Positions 49,624 to 58,336 of a stretch of DNA of 64,000 bases are shown here, piece after piece. The number at the start of each line of letters is the position of its first letter. Positions within the stretch are counted from its first letter, which is position 1. The translations under genes were made by a program, and so were the position numbers. This DNA comes from an uncultured bacterium (lineage in GTDB: Bacteria > Acidobacteriota > Thermoanaerobaculia > Multivoradales > JAHZIX01). The stretch lies in the NCBI GenBank assembly GCA_965368975.1, contig CBDUPA010000003.1, positions 160,001 through 224,000 of the forward strand, written 5' to 3'. The notes beneath the pieces were generated by a model. It saw only the letters and a program-made list of their open reading frames with translations. It made no database searches and was not told the origin of the DNA.

Positions 49624-51753
49624 TCAGAAGGTGGGCGGTGCTTCCTCTGCCTCCGTAGCTTCCGCCGCTTCTGCAGCTTCAGTGCGCGCCCGTCGCTCCT
49701 CTTCGCGTGCTTCCTGGCGCTGCTGCCGCCGCTGGTCGTGATGTTCTCGCAACTCGTGGCGTTGCTGCTCTCGCTGTTCGCGCAGCTGCTCGTGTTGCTG
49801 CCGCAATTGACGCCGCACCTCTTCCATTTCCTGGCGCTGGTGCTCGAGAGCCTCGCGGCGAGCTTGGTTTCCCTGCCGCAGCGCTTCTCGATGCTGCTCG
49901 CGTGCAGCTTCGATCTGCCGGCGTAGCTGCTCGCGTTGTTCGTCCGTCAGGCGCGCGGCTCGCCCTTGGCGCTCGGCCAACTCGCGAAGTTCCTGGATCT
50001 GTTCGTCCGAGAGCCGCACCTGGGCCGCCATGGCGCGGGCCTGTTCGGTTATGGCGCGCACCTCTTCCTCCGAGAACTGCATCTGGCTCGTCACCTCCGC
50101 GATGTGCGCTTCCAGCTCGGCTCGCTCGGCCTCGCTCAGCTGCGCGCTCTCCTCGGCCAGCCGCCGGGCGTTCGCTTCCAGCGCCTGCAGATCTTCCTCG
50201 GACAGCTGGACCCTGGCGGCCATGGCTTCGGCCTGGGCCTCGATGGCCGCTACCTGCTCTGCCGACAGAGTCGCGTGCTCCGCGATCTCGGCGGCCAACC
50301 GTTCGAGCCGCTGCATCTCCTCGGGAGACAGCTGGGCCTGGAGGGCAACGTCCAAGTCCGGGATGTCCGCGAGCACGGCCTCCAGTGCGCTCAGGTCGAT
50401 GTCGGGTAGCTCAGGCATGTCCGGCAGATCCGGCAGGACGACGACCGGTGCCGGGACGGATGGGCGTGGCAGCCGTGGGGGCGATGGTGGCGCCGGGGTG
50501 CTCGGCCGCGCGGTGCGTGCGGGAGGGGCTGGGGGTGCGGCGGTGGCTGGGGAGGCGTCCGGGGCTGCCGGCGTGTCTGGAGCGTCCGGGGCCGCTGGTG
50601 GTTCCGGGGTGTCGTCGCTGGCGGGAGCTTCGGCGGCGGGCGGTGCAGCAGGAGGCGGCTCGGCGGCGCCAATGGCGATCCGCGGTCCAACGACGGTCAC
50701 GGTGACCAAGGCTGCCAGTGCCATTGGCCGTAGCCAGCGGGAAGGATGCTCTGGAGCCGGCGCGGCGAGCAGACGGCGCACTCGCTGGCCCAGGCCCGAA
50801 CCCGCACCCGCCATGGCGGCGGCAGCCAGCGGCACCGCTTCGCCACCTTCCGCCAGGTGCCACTCGGCGACCTCGGTCAGGCAGCGTGCCAGCGACAACG
50901 GGCGTCCAGTGTTGCGCGCGGCCCATTCGTCGCAGCGGTACTCGGCGATACGCTGCAGGTGGCGGCTGGCGACGCGGTTGAGCGGCTGGAAGAAGAACAG
51001 ACGTTCGAGCACGCGGGTGGTCAGCAGCCAGGCGGGATCCTGGCGTTCGAGGTGAGCGAGCTCATGGGCCAGGATGGTCTCCTGCTGGTCGGCTGGCAAC
51101 TCGCGCACGGCGCGCTCCGGCAGGCAGATCTCGGGCCGCAGCCAGCCTTGCGCCAGCGGCACGGCGACGCGTCGAGACTCGCTGAGGCGTACGCGGCGAC
51201 GTAGCCGGGTCCGCTGGACCAGACGCTGCAGCGCTTGCGTCAGGGGGCCGTTCGCGACATCGCGCGACTGCAGGCCGGTGCGGAAGCGCAGGTACGACAC
51301 GACCAGGCCGGCGGCCAGCAACGTGGCGAGAGCCAGCCAGGTGATCCCGACGGCGCGCAGCGGCGTGCTGGCAGGAAGCGTGGTCAGGAGGGGCGAGAAG
51401 CTGCTGTCCGCGAGGCTGGCTGCCGCCGCGCCGGTAGAAAGTGAGCTGTCCGGCAGCGACGCCGCTGACGGCAAGCTGTTGCCCCGTGTCACGAACGGCG
51501 GTGCTGGCAGAGCCGCCACGGGCTCTGCGGCCATGGAGGCGGCCACCGGCTCGGCCGCCGGTAGCAGGTTCATCGGGGCCAGGCTCAGCTGCAGCGTGGC
51601 AGTGAACAAGCCACCGATCAGGGCGGCCTTCCAGGCGACCTCCTGCGTCGCCAAGCGGCGGTCGCGCAGAGTTGTGGAGAGCAGCCAGGCGGTGGCCAGC
51701 AACAGGGTGCTGTGCAAGGTATAAGTCAAGAGCCAAGACGTGAGAGTCATCAT
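49624..51753 (-). CDS. M56 family (BlaR1/MecR1-like) membrane metallopeptidase with helical-repeat C-terminal domain
   Basis: TM helices, P..GWLRPEICLP, HELAHLERQD, FFFQPL and EYRCDE. No penicillin-binding domain. Confidence 0.9.
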   Translation of the reverse strand: MMTLTSWLLTYTLHSTLLLATAWLLSTTLRDRRLATQEVAWKAALIGGLFTATLQLSLAPMNLLPAAEPVAASMAAEPVAALPAPPFVTRGNSLPSAASLPDSSLSTGAAAASLADSSFSPLLTTLPASTPLRAVGITWLALATLLAAGLVVSYLRFRTGLQSRDVANGPLTQALQRLVQRTRLRRRVRLSESRRVAVPLAQGWLRPEICLPERAVRELPADQQETILAHELAHLERQDPAWLLTTRVLERLFFFQPLNRVASRHLQRIAEYRCDEWAARNTGRPLSLARCLTEVAEWHLAEGGEAVPLAAAAMAGAGSGLGQRVRRLLAAPAPEHPSRWLRPMALAALVTVTVVGPRIAIGAAEPPPAAPPAAEAPASDDTPEPPAAPDAPDTPAAPDASPATAAPPAPPARTARPSTPAPPSPPRLPRPSVPAPVVVLPDLPDMPELPDIDLSALEAVLADIPDLDVALQAQLSPEEMQRLERLAAEIAEHATLSAEQVAAIEAQAEAMAARVQLSEEDLQALEANARRLAEESAQLSEAERAELEAHIAEVTSQMQFSEEEVRAITEQARAMAAQVRLSDEQIQELRELAERQGRAARLTDEQREQLRRQIEAAREQHREALRQGNQARREALEHQRQEMEEVRRQLRQQHEQLREQREQQRHELREHHDQRRQQRQEAREEERRARTEAAEAAEATEAEEAPPTF

Positions 51754-52124
51754 TGATCCTCCTCCAGGCGCTCGAGCTGAGCGCGCAGGTGCCGCAATTC
51801 TTCGGGGTCGATCTCGTGCTCCGAGAGCAGGTGATTGACCAGCGCTGCTGGGTTGCCCTCGAACAGCTGGTTCATCAGCGTGCCAACCATGGATCGGCAG
51901 ACGGCGTCTTCGCTGACCGTTGGCTGGTACAGGAAGCGCCGGCCTTCGGTGCGGTGGCGAACGACGCCCTTGTCTTCCATTTTCTTGAGCATGGTGGCGA
52001 CAGTCGTGGGGGCGAGTTCACGCGGTAGTGCTGCTTGTACATCGGTCACCGCGGCCTCGCCGTGCTGCCAAAGAACCTGCATGATGTCGAGCTGCAGGTC
52101 GCCCAGGCGGTGTTTTTGTGCCAT
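51750..52124 (-). CDS. BlaI/MecI/CopY family transcriptional repressor
   Basis: IMQVLW, TTVATMLKKMEDKG and FLYQP motifs. Overlaps the M56 gene by 4 nt. Confidence 0.93.
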   Translation of the reverse strand: MAQKHRLGDLQLDIMQVLWQHGEAAVTDVQAALPRELAPTTVATMLKKMEDKGVVRHRTEGRRFLYQPTVSEDAVCRSMVGTLMNQLFEGNPAALVNHLLSEHEIDPEELRHLRAQLERLEEDQ

Positions 52125-52211
52125 GAGAAGTTCCTTGTCGTGACGAGTGAAAGGAGGACTGCGAGGGAGCGGGCCCGCCGGTCGCTCGGATCTGTGTCTC
52201 TACTACGGACT

Positions 52212-52225
52212 ACGACCTCGGTAGT
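52212..52225. promoter_or_regulatory. Second, imperfect BlaI-type operator ACGAC-CTCG-GTAGT
   Basis: 12/14 match to the palindrome at 52270-52283. Confidence 0.55.
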
Positions 52226-52264
52226 TTCAGTCTCGAGGGGCGTGCCGCAAGGTCGACGACCCCA

Positions 52265-52292
52265 ATAGTACTACCTAGGTAGTTTTTGTCAA
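52265..52292 (-). promoter_or_regulatory. Sigma70 promoter TTGACA-N16-TACTAT with the operator palindrome ACTACCTAGGTAGT (52270-52283) in the spacer
   Basis: Read directly from the sequence. ACTAC-N4-GTAGT fits known BlaI/MecI operator architecture. Confidence 0.75.
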
Positions 52293-52330
52293 GCAATGAG
52301 GGTCGCCTGAGTTTGCAGCGCCCCTTGATC

Positions 52331-53791
52331 TCAGGCGGGGTCGCGCGCCAGACGAATGCCGGTGAACTGGAAGCGGGTGTCGGCTGGCCAGAAGTTGCGG
52401 TAGCTGACCCGGATGTGGTTGGCGGGCGTGGCGCACGAGCCGCCCCGCAGGACCCGCTGGTTGTCCATGAACTTGCCGTTGTATTCCATCAGCGCACCGT
52501 CGAAGGGACGGTAGCGTGGATACGGCTCGTAGTGGCTGGTGGTCCACTCCCACACATCTCCGAGCGCTTGGTGCATGTTTCTGGTATCCGCCTCCGGCGG
52601 CTGGTGGTTTCTGGCATCCGCCCCCGGCGGTTGGGGGTTTCTGGCATCCGCCTCCGGCGGTTGGGGGGCGCCGGCTGCCGCCGTGACGCCTCGTGGGTGC
52701 AGGTACAGGTCGTCGAGAAAGGTGCCGCTGGCTGGCGGGCTCGACTTCTGGCCATAGAGACGCGCTGCTTTTTCCCATTCGCGCTCGGTGGGAAGGCGCA
52801 CGCCGCGCCAGGTCTCGCCCTGTGCCGACAGCCAGCGAGCGTAGGCGTCGGCTTCGTAGAAACTGATGTGGCACACCGGCTCGTCGAGTTCGAGCGGACG
52901 ATCGCCCTGGAGCGTCCAGCAATGCCATGCGTCCCTGGTTGCACCGCCTTTCTGGTACCAGTAGAGCGGCGCCTGCCAGCCTTCGGCCTGCACGGCGGCC
53001 CAGCCGTTGGACAGCCAGAGCAGCGGGTCACGGTAGCCGCCGTCTTCGAGAAAGGCGAGGTACTCGCGGTTGGTCACCAGCCGGTCGGCGATGTGAACGT
53101 GATCCAAGTAGGCCTTGTGCACCGGCATCTCGTTGTCCCAACACCAGCCGCCCTCGAGGTTGCCGAAGTCGTAGAGCCCGGCGTCGATCGACAGAAAGTC
53201 CGGCCTACCAAGACTGGCCTGTGGACTCGAGACGCTCGAACTCGCGACGTCCGGGGTCGCGGAAGCCGGTATCCGCGCGGCGGCGTACGGCTCACGCAGT
53301 TCGCGCGGGTTGGTGCCGAGGATGTGCTTGAGTTCGGTGACCAGCAGTTCCTGGTGTTGCTGCTCGTGCTCGATGCCGGTGCGTACCAGGAAGGCGAGGC
53401 GGGCGAAGTCGGCTTGCGAAGCCTCCTCGAGCAGGGCTTCGAGCCGTGCGTCGACGCTCTGGCGAAAGTCGTAGATCTCGTCGGTGGTGGGGCGAGTGAC
53501 CAGGCCCCGTTGGTGGCGCGGTAGGCGTTCGCCCAGCGACTCGTAGTAGGAGTTCAACACGTACTCGAGGCGCGCGTCGGCGTCGCTATAGCGGCCGAAG
53601 GGTTCGAGGATGTTCTTGGCGAAGAACCAGGTGGTGTGCCCCAGGTTCCACCACGGTGGGCTGACGTCGGGCATGCTCTGAATGCGGTAGTCTTCAGGCT
53701 TCAACGGTGCGCACAACTCGGTGCTGAGATTGCGGGTGGCGCGCAAGCGGCGCAGCAGTATCTGGCGTTCGATCGAATCTTGTCGGTCCAT
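52331..53791 (-). CDS. egtB: Ergothioneine biosynthesis sulfoxide synthase EgtB
   Basis: QSMPDVSP.WW.LGHTTWFF, NSYY, HEQQHQEL iron ligands, and FGE-sulfatase domain (RLPTE.EWE, GDVWEWT, EYNGKFM, RGGSCAT, YRNF). Confidence 0.9.
   Translation of the reverse strand: MDRQDSIERQILLRRLRATRNLSTELCAPLKPEDYRIQSMPDVSPPWWNLGHTTWFFAKNILEPFGRYSDADARLEYVLNSYYESLGERLPRHQRGLVTRPTTDEIYDFRQSVDARLEALLEEASQADFARLAFLVRTGIEHEQQHQELLVTELKHILGTNPRELREPYAAARIPASATPDVASSSVSSPQASLGRPDFLSIDAGLYDFGNLEGGWCWDNEMPVHKAYLDHVHIADRLVTNREYLAFLEDGGYRDPLLWLSNGWAAVQAEGWQAPLYWYQKGGATRDAWHCWTLQGDRPLELDEPVCHISFYEADAYARWLSAQGETWRGVRLPTEREWEKAARLYGQKSSPPASGTFLDDLYLHPRGVTAAAGAPQPPEADARNPQPPGADARNHQPPEADTRNMHQALGDVWEWTTSHYEPYPRYRPFDGALMEYNGKFMDNQRVLRGGSCATPANHIRVSYRNFWPADTRFQFTGIRLARDPA
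52577..52666. repeat. 3 x 30-bp in-frame tandem repeat inside egtB
   Basis: Unit GTTTCTGG(C/T)ATCCGCC(T/C)CCGGCGG(C/T)TGG(T/G)G, encoding (P/H)QPP(E/G)AD(A/T)RN. Confidence 0.92.
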
Positions 53792-53884
53792 CCGAGAATC
53801 GTATCAAGAGCCGCGACGAGAGTTGCGAGCGGAGCGGTGGGCCGAGCGCGAAAGATGACCACGAGAGAGGATTAGGAGGACGCC

Positions 53885-55168
53885 TTGGAATCAGCGCGGA
53901 CGACCCAGACAGAGGCCCCGTCACGACCAGCGCCGGCTCCTTTGGATTGGCGCCGCCAGTTCGATTGCGCGGGTGGCGGCGCCGATGTGCTGTGGGTGAT
54001 GCACTGCGCCGAGGGCCCTGTGCCACGTGCCTCGGCGCAGGCGGTGTGTGACTTTCTGGAGGTCGAGACCCGGCCCTGGTTGCTCGACTGGGAAGGCGAT
54101 TTCTTGGGGCGTCCGGCCGAGGTGCGGCGACAGGCGGCACGGTTGTTTGGCGGTGAGGCAGAGGCTTATACCTTGGTGCCGACGACGTCCGCTGGCTTGG
54201 CGCTGATCGCGCAGGGCCTGGACTGGCGGCCTGGTGACGACCTTGTCGTGCCGCTAGGGGAGTTTCCCTCCAATGCCTGGCCGTGGCGGACGCTGCAAGC
54301 GCGCGGTGTCGAGGTGCGCGAGGTCGAACTCTGGGACGGCCACCGCGCCGGTCGCGAAGCCTGGCGAAGTGTGCCGCCACCGGCGGATGTCGATCCCGAG
54401 GTACGCTTGCTGGAGGCTCTCGGCCCTTCGACGCGAGTGCTGTCGGTCAGCTGGGTGCGCTTTCAGGATGGTCTGCGTCTCGATCTGCTGCGTCTGGCCG
54501 CCGGCTGCGCCGAGCGCGGCGTCTTGCTGGTCGTCGACGGTATCCAAGGGGCGGGCACGCTGCCGCTGGAGTTGGGCAGTGAAGCCCTCGCGGGGGTTGC
54601 CGCCTTCGCCACCGGCGGTCACAAGGGCTTGCTGGCGCCCCAGGGGCTTGGCGTGCTGTGGACGGCAGCGGACCTGCGCCAGCACTTGACGCCGCCGGGC
54701 GGCTGGCTGTCGGTCGAGGGTGCCACCGACTTCAGCCGTCCGTCGACTGACTTCGACCGCGGCTGGCTGGCTGGCGGCGAGCGACTGGAGCTGGGGGTGC
54801 CGAACTTGGTCGGCTGTGCCGCGCTGGCGCCGTCCTTGCAGCTGCTCGCTGACGCCGACCCGACACGCATCGCCGAACACGTCAGCACGTTGCAGGGCGC
54901 GCTCCTGCAGGCGCTCGCCGGGTCACCCTGGCAGGCGGAAGCCGAACGTCTCGACGCCTTGCGCCGGCGTGACCGCTTGGGCTCGATCTTGTCGTTCCAC
55001 CATGGTGCCAGAGGTGAGCCGGCGCTGCAGGACCTGCTACAGCGCGGTTTCGATCAGCGCCTCTATGCCTCCGTGCGCGAGGGGTACCTGCGGATTGCCC
55101 TGCACGGTTGGCATCTTGGCTCGGACATCTCCCGATTGGTAGAATGGTTGGTTGACACCCCTACTTGA
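53885..55168 (+). CDS. Aminotransferase class V / PLP-dependent C-S lyase-like enzyme (EgtE candidate)
   Basis: EFPSN, VSWV, VDGIQG, and GGHKGLLAPQG containing the PLP lysine. Divergent from egtB. Confidence 0.8.
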   Translation: MESARTTQTEAPSRPAPAPLDWRRQFDCAGGGADVLWVMHCAEGPVPRASAQAVCDFLEVETRPWLLDWEGDFLGRPAEVRRQAARLFGGEAEAYTLVPTTSAGLALIAQGLDWRPGDDLVVPLGEFPSNAWPWRTLQARGVEVREVELWDGHRAGREAWRSVPPPADVDPEVRLLEALGPSTRVLSVSWVRFQDGLRLDLLRLAAGCAERGVLLVVDGIQGAGTLPLELGSEALAGVAAFATGGHKGLLAPQGLGVLWTAADLRQHLTPPGGWLSVEGATDFSRPSTDFDRGWLAGGERLELGVPNLVGCAALAPSLQLLADADPTRIAEHVSTLQGALLQALAGSPWQAEAERLDALRRRDRLGSILSFHHGARGEPALQDLLQRGFDQRLYASVREGYLRIALHGWHLGSDISRLVEWLVDTPT

Positions 55169-55180
55169 GGCCCCTATACT
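55152..55180 (+). promoter_or_regulatory. Sigma70 promoter of rpsA, TTGACA-N17-TATACT
   Basis: Near-consensus hexamers at 55152-55157 and 55175-55180. Confidence 0.8.
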
Positions 55181-55303
55181 CGCCGTCCCGAGTTCAAATC
55201 TACCCCCGGGCTCGGCCCCCCCTCTCAGACGCCTATTTGCAAGCTTCTTGCAAGAAGACATCGGCCGGCGTCTGAAATCCAAGCCAAGGAGGTTTCCAGA
55301 CCG

Positions 55304-57280
55304 ATGCAAACTAGTGAAGAAAATCACCAGGAGGTGGCTGTGCCAATGGGCACAGACGACTTCGGTGACATGCCCATGGAGGGCGGCGAAGCCGGAATGA
55401 GCTTCGAAGAATTGGTCCGCATGTATGACGACAGCATGCGGAATCTCGTCGAAGGCGAGGTGGTGCCCGGCACCGTGATTGGAGTCACCAGCGACGAGGT
55501 TATCGTCGATGTTGGGTACAAGTCGGAAGGCATCATTCCGATCGCCGAGTTCCGCGACCGTGATGGCCAAGTGACCATCGAGGTAGGAGATGAAGTCGAA
55601 GTCCTGCTGGAGAAGACCGAGGACGTCGAAGGTCATGTTCTGCTCTCGCGTCAGAAGGCCGAGCGGATGCGGCGCTGGAACGAGGTCGAGAAGGCCTACA
55701 AGGAAAGTCAGACGGTCACCGGCCGGATTCTGGACCGCATCAAGGGCGGTCTGACGGTCGATGTCGGTCTACGGGCGTTCCTGCCTGGCTCTCTGATCGA
55801 CATCAAGCCGGTCAAGCACCTCGAGTCCCTGAAGGGCGAAGAGTTCGAGTTCAAGGTGATCAGTCTGGATCGCCGGCGCAACAACATCGTGCTGTCGCGC
55901 AAGGCCGTGCTCGAGAAGGAACTGGAGAAGAAGAAGGCAGAGACGATTACCAAGCTCACGGAAGGCGTCCGCATGCCGGGCGTGGTCAAGAACATTACCG
56001 ACTATGGTGTGTTCATCGACCTGGGCGGAATCGACGGTCTGCTGCACATCACCGACATTTCCTGGGGCCGCGTCAACCACCCGTCCGAGCACTTCGGTGT
56101 TGGCGACGAGGTGGAAGTGGTCATCCTCAAGTTCGACCCGGAGACCGAGCGTGTGTCCCTGGGCTACAAGCAGAAGAGCGAGGATCCCTGGACCTTGGTC
56201 GACAAGAAGTACCCGATCGGCTCGCGTGTGCATGGCCGCGTGGTCAGCCTGGTCGATTACGGTGCCTTCGTGGAGATCGAGGAAGGTGTCGAGGGTCTGA
56301 TCCACGTCAGCGAGATGTCCTGGACCAAGAAAGTGGTCAACCCGTCGAAGTTGCTCAACGTCGACGACCAGGTCGAGGCGATCGTTTCCGAGCTGGACAT
56401 GGACCAGCGGCGTATCAGCCTGTCGTTGCGTCAGACCGAGCGCAATCCTTGGGAGGAGCTGGCCGACACCCTGCCGGTGGGCTCGATCATCGAGGGTCGC
56501 GTACGCAACCTGACCGAGTTCGGTGCCTTCGTCGAGATCACGGACGACATCGATGGTCTGATTCACGTCTCCGACATGAGCTGGACCAAGCGCATCAAGC
56601 ATCCTAGCGAGGTGCTCAAGAAGGGCGATGTCGTCAAGGCGCGGATCACCAACATCGACGTCGACAACCAGCGCGTTTCGCTGTCGATCAAGGAGTTCAT
56701 GCCCAACGCGTGGCAGGACTTCGTGGACAGCCATCGCACCGGTGACACCGTCGAGGGGCAGGTGGTCAACGTCACTGATTTCGGCTTGTTCATCGACATC
56801 TACGAGGGCCTGGAAGGCCTGGCTCACATCAGTGAGGTGGATGCTCCGACCAACAAACTGGACGCCTACTTCAAGAACGGTGACTGGGTGCGCGCGCGCA
56901 TTCTGCGCATCGAAGAAGGCGACAAGAAGGTCGGGCTCACCATGCGTGGTGTGCCTCAGCCCACGGCCGAGGAGATCGAGGAGTTGGAGGCCGAGGCCGC
57001 CAACGACAGCGAATCCAGCCTGCGGGACGCCATTGTGACCTCCTCCGCCGAGGACGAAGAAGCCCAGGCTGCCGCTGCCGCAGCGGAAGCTGCAGCATCG
57101 GAAGCTGAAGCACCGGCTGAAGACGCCCCTGCCGAGGATGGTGCTGAAGAGACCCCCGAGGTCGAGGCTGCAGCCGACGACGCCGAGGAAACCACCGAAG
57201 CCGACGACGCTTCTGGGGCTGAAGAGGCTTCCGAAGACGAGGCAGAGGCGGCCGACGAAGCGGAAGACAAGGCGGACTGA
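55304..57280 (+). CDS. rpsA: 30S ribosomal protein S1 with acidic Ala/Glu-rich C-terminal tail
   Basis: Six S1 repeats (e.g. DVGYKSEG, YGVFIDLGGIDGLLH, EGLIHVSEMSW). Confidence 0.98.
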   Translation: MQTSEENHQEVAVPMGTDDFGDMPMEGGEAGMSFEELVRMYDDSMRNLVEGEVVPGTVIGVTSDEVIVDVGYKSEGIIPIAEFRDRDGQVTIEVGDEVEVLLEKTEDVEGHVLLSRQKAERMRRWNEVEKAYKESQTVTGRILDRIKGGLTVDVGLRAFLPGSLIDIKPVKHLESLKGEEFEFKVISLDRRRNNIVLSRKAVLEKELEKKKAETITKLTEGVRMPGVVKNITDYGVFIDLGGIDGLLHITDISWGRVNHPSEHFGVGDEVEVVILKFDPETERVSLGYKQKSEDPWTLVDKKYPIGSRVHGRVVSLVDYGAFVEIEEGVEGLIHVSEMSWTKKVVNPSKLLNVDDQVEAIVSELDMDQRRISLSLRQTERNPWEELADTLPVGSIIEGRVRNLTEFGAFVEITDDIDGLIHVSDMSWTKRIKHPSEVLKKGDVVKARITNIDVDNQRVSLSIKEFMPNAWQDFVDSHRTGDTVEGQVVNVTDFGLFIDIYEGLEGLAHISEVDAPTNKLDAYFKNGDWVRARILRIEEGDKKVGLTMRGVPQPTAEEIEELEAEAANDSESSLRDAIVTSSAEDEEAQAAAAAAEAAASEAEAPAEDAPAEDGAEETPEVEAAADDAEETTEADDASGAEEASEDEAEAADEAEDKAD

Positions 57281-57303
57281 GCCCGTAGCCAGGAGCCAAG
57301 CTC

Positions 57304-57594
57304 ATGACCAAGGCTGAGTTGGTAGACGAGGTGGCCCGCAACGTGGAGCTGCCGAAGAAACACGCGGAAGACATTGTCAGCACGGTGTTCGAAAGCATCG
57401 TGTCCTCGCTCCAGCGAGGGGACAAGGTCGAACTGCGTGGCTTCGGCAGCTTCCGTATCCGCGAGCGTAGCGAGCGGATGGGCCGCAATCCCAAGACGGG
57501 CGAGCCGGTTCCTGTGCCGGCCAAGCGTATTCCCTACTTCAAGCCTGGTAAGCAGCTGCGAGAGCTGCTCAACGGCTCCGAGGCTGACGGGTGA
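57304..57594 (+). CDS. ihfB: Integration host factor beta / HU-family DNA-binding protein
   Basis: MTKAELV, VELRGFGSF, GRNPKTGE and PYFKPGK motifs. Lies directly after rpsA. Confidence 0.9.
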   Translation: MTKAELVDEVARNVELPKKHAEDIVSTVFESIVSSLQRGDKVELRGFGSFRIRERSERMGRNPKTGEPVPVPAKRIPYFKPGKQLRELLNGSEADG

Positions 57595-58052
57595 CCTCAG
57601 AGGGTTCGACAGCGAATCCCTTGCCGACCACGGATCCCGAGGCACAAGGCCCACAACCGCCCGTGCCGGGTGTCGTCAAGCCGGCGCTGCCACCCTTCGC
57701 GGTGGCGGTGCTGGCCTGGCTGATCCCTGGTGCCGGGCATTGGTTGCTCGGGCGGCGTGCGCGGGCCGTGGTTTTCTGCGTTCTCATCCTGACGTCTTTC
57801 GTGCTAGGGGCCGTCCTGCAGGGTAACTTGCACCGATTCCACGCTGGCCAGCCCGTGCTCGCCATTCTCGGCACACTCGGCACGATGGGCGTGGGCCTCC
57901 CGTACTTCGTCTTGCGATACCTCTTTGGCTACCAAGGGGAGGTCGAGGCGCCGACGTTCGAGTACGGCACAGCCTTCCTGATCAGCGCTGGCTTGATGAA
58001 CCTGCTGTTGTTGCTGAATCTGTGGGATATCGCCAAAGGCTACGAGGAATGA
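57591..58052 (+). CDS. Membrane protein (DUF6677-like)
   Basis: LAWLIPGAGH, EYG..F...AGLMNLL, several TM helices. Confidence 0.7.
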   Translation: MTSEGSTANPLPTTDPEAQGPQPPVPGVVKPALPPFAVAVLAWLIPGAGHWLLGRRARAVVFCVLILTSFVLGAVLQGNLHRFHAGQPVLAILGTLGTMGVGLPYFVLRYLFGYQGEVEAPTFEYGTAFLISAGLMNLLLLLNLWDIAKGYEE

Positions 58053-58092
58053 GGCGGGGGAGGAGCGCGGCGCGCGCGCGCCGAGTGGTGCG

Positions 58093-58284
58093 ATGAGTCA
58101 CTTCCTGTTGATGGTCGTGTATGCCTTCCTGGTCAGCACCTTCTTGGCGTTGCTCTGGCGGCGCCAGCCAAAGGCCCAGCTGAAGCTCTTTCTGCAGTTA
58201 TTTCTGGGCATGGTGGGTGGTGGCCTGCTACTAGCCTATCTGATGTATCCCTTCCCTTCGGGGCCGCCTGCCCCGATCCCTTGA
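58093..58284 (+). CDS. Small two-TM membrane protein
   Basis: 63 aa with two hydrophobic helices, positioned within the operon. Confidence 0.65.
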   Translation: MSHFLLMVVYAFLVSTFLALLWRRQPKAQLKLFLQLFLGMVGGGLLLAYLMYPFPSGPPAPIP

Positions 58285-58336
58285 CGCGCTCGCGACAGGG
58301 GTCCAATCGCGAACCCGCCGAGGACGCACTGCATCC

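Noticed and set aside
52577-52666. CRISPR-like 30-bp repeats
   Set aside because: The units are contiguous with no spacers, lie in frame within egtB, and no cas genes are present.
56960-57280. Acidic Ala/Glu tail of RpsA as a separate domain or repeat
   Set aside because: Low-complexity acidic extensions are common on S1 and other housekeeping proteins (RpoZ here has one too), and there is no exact DNA repeat.
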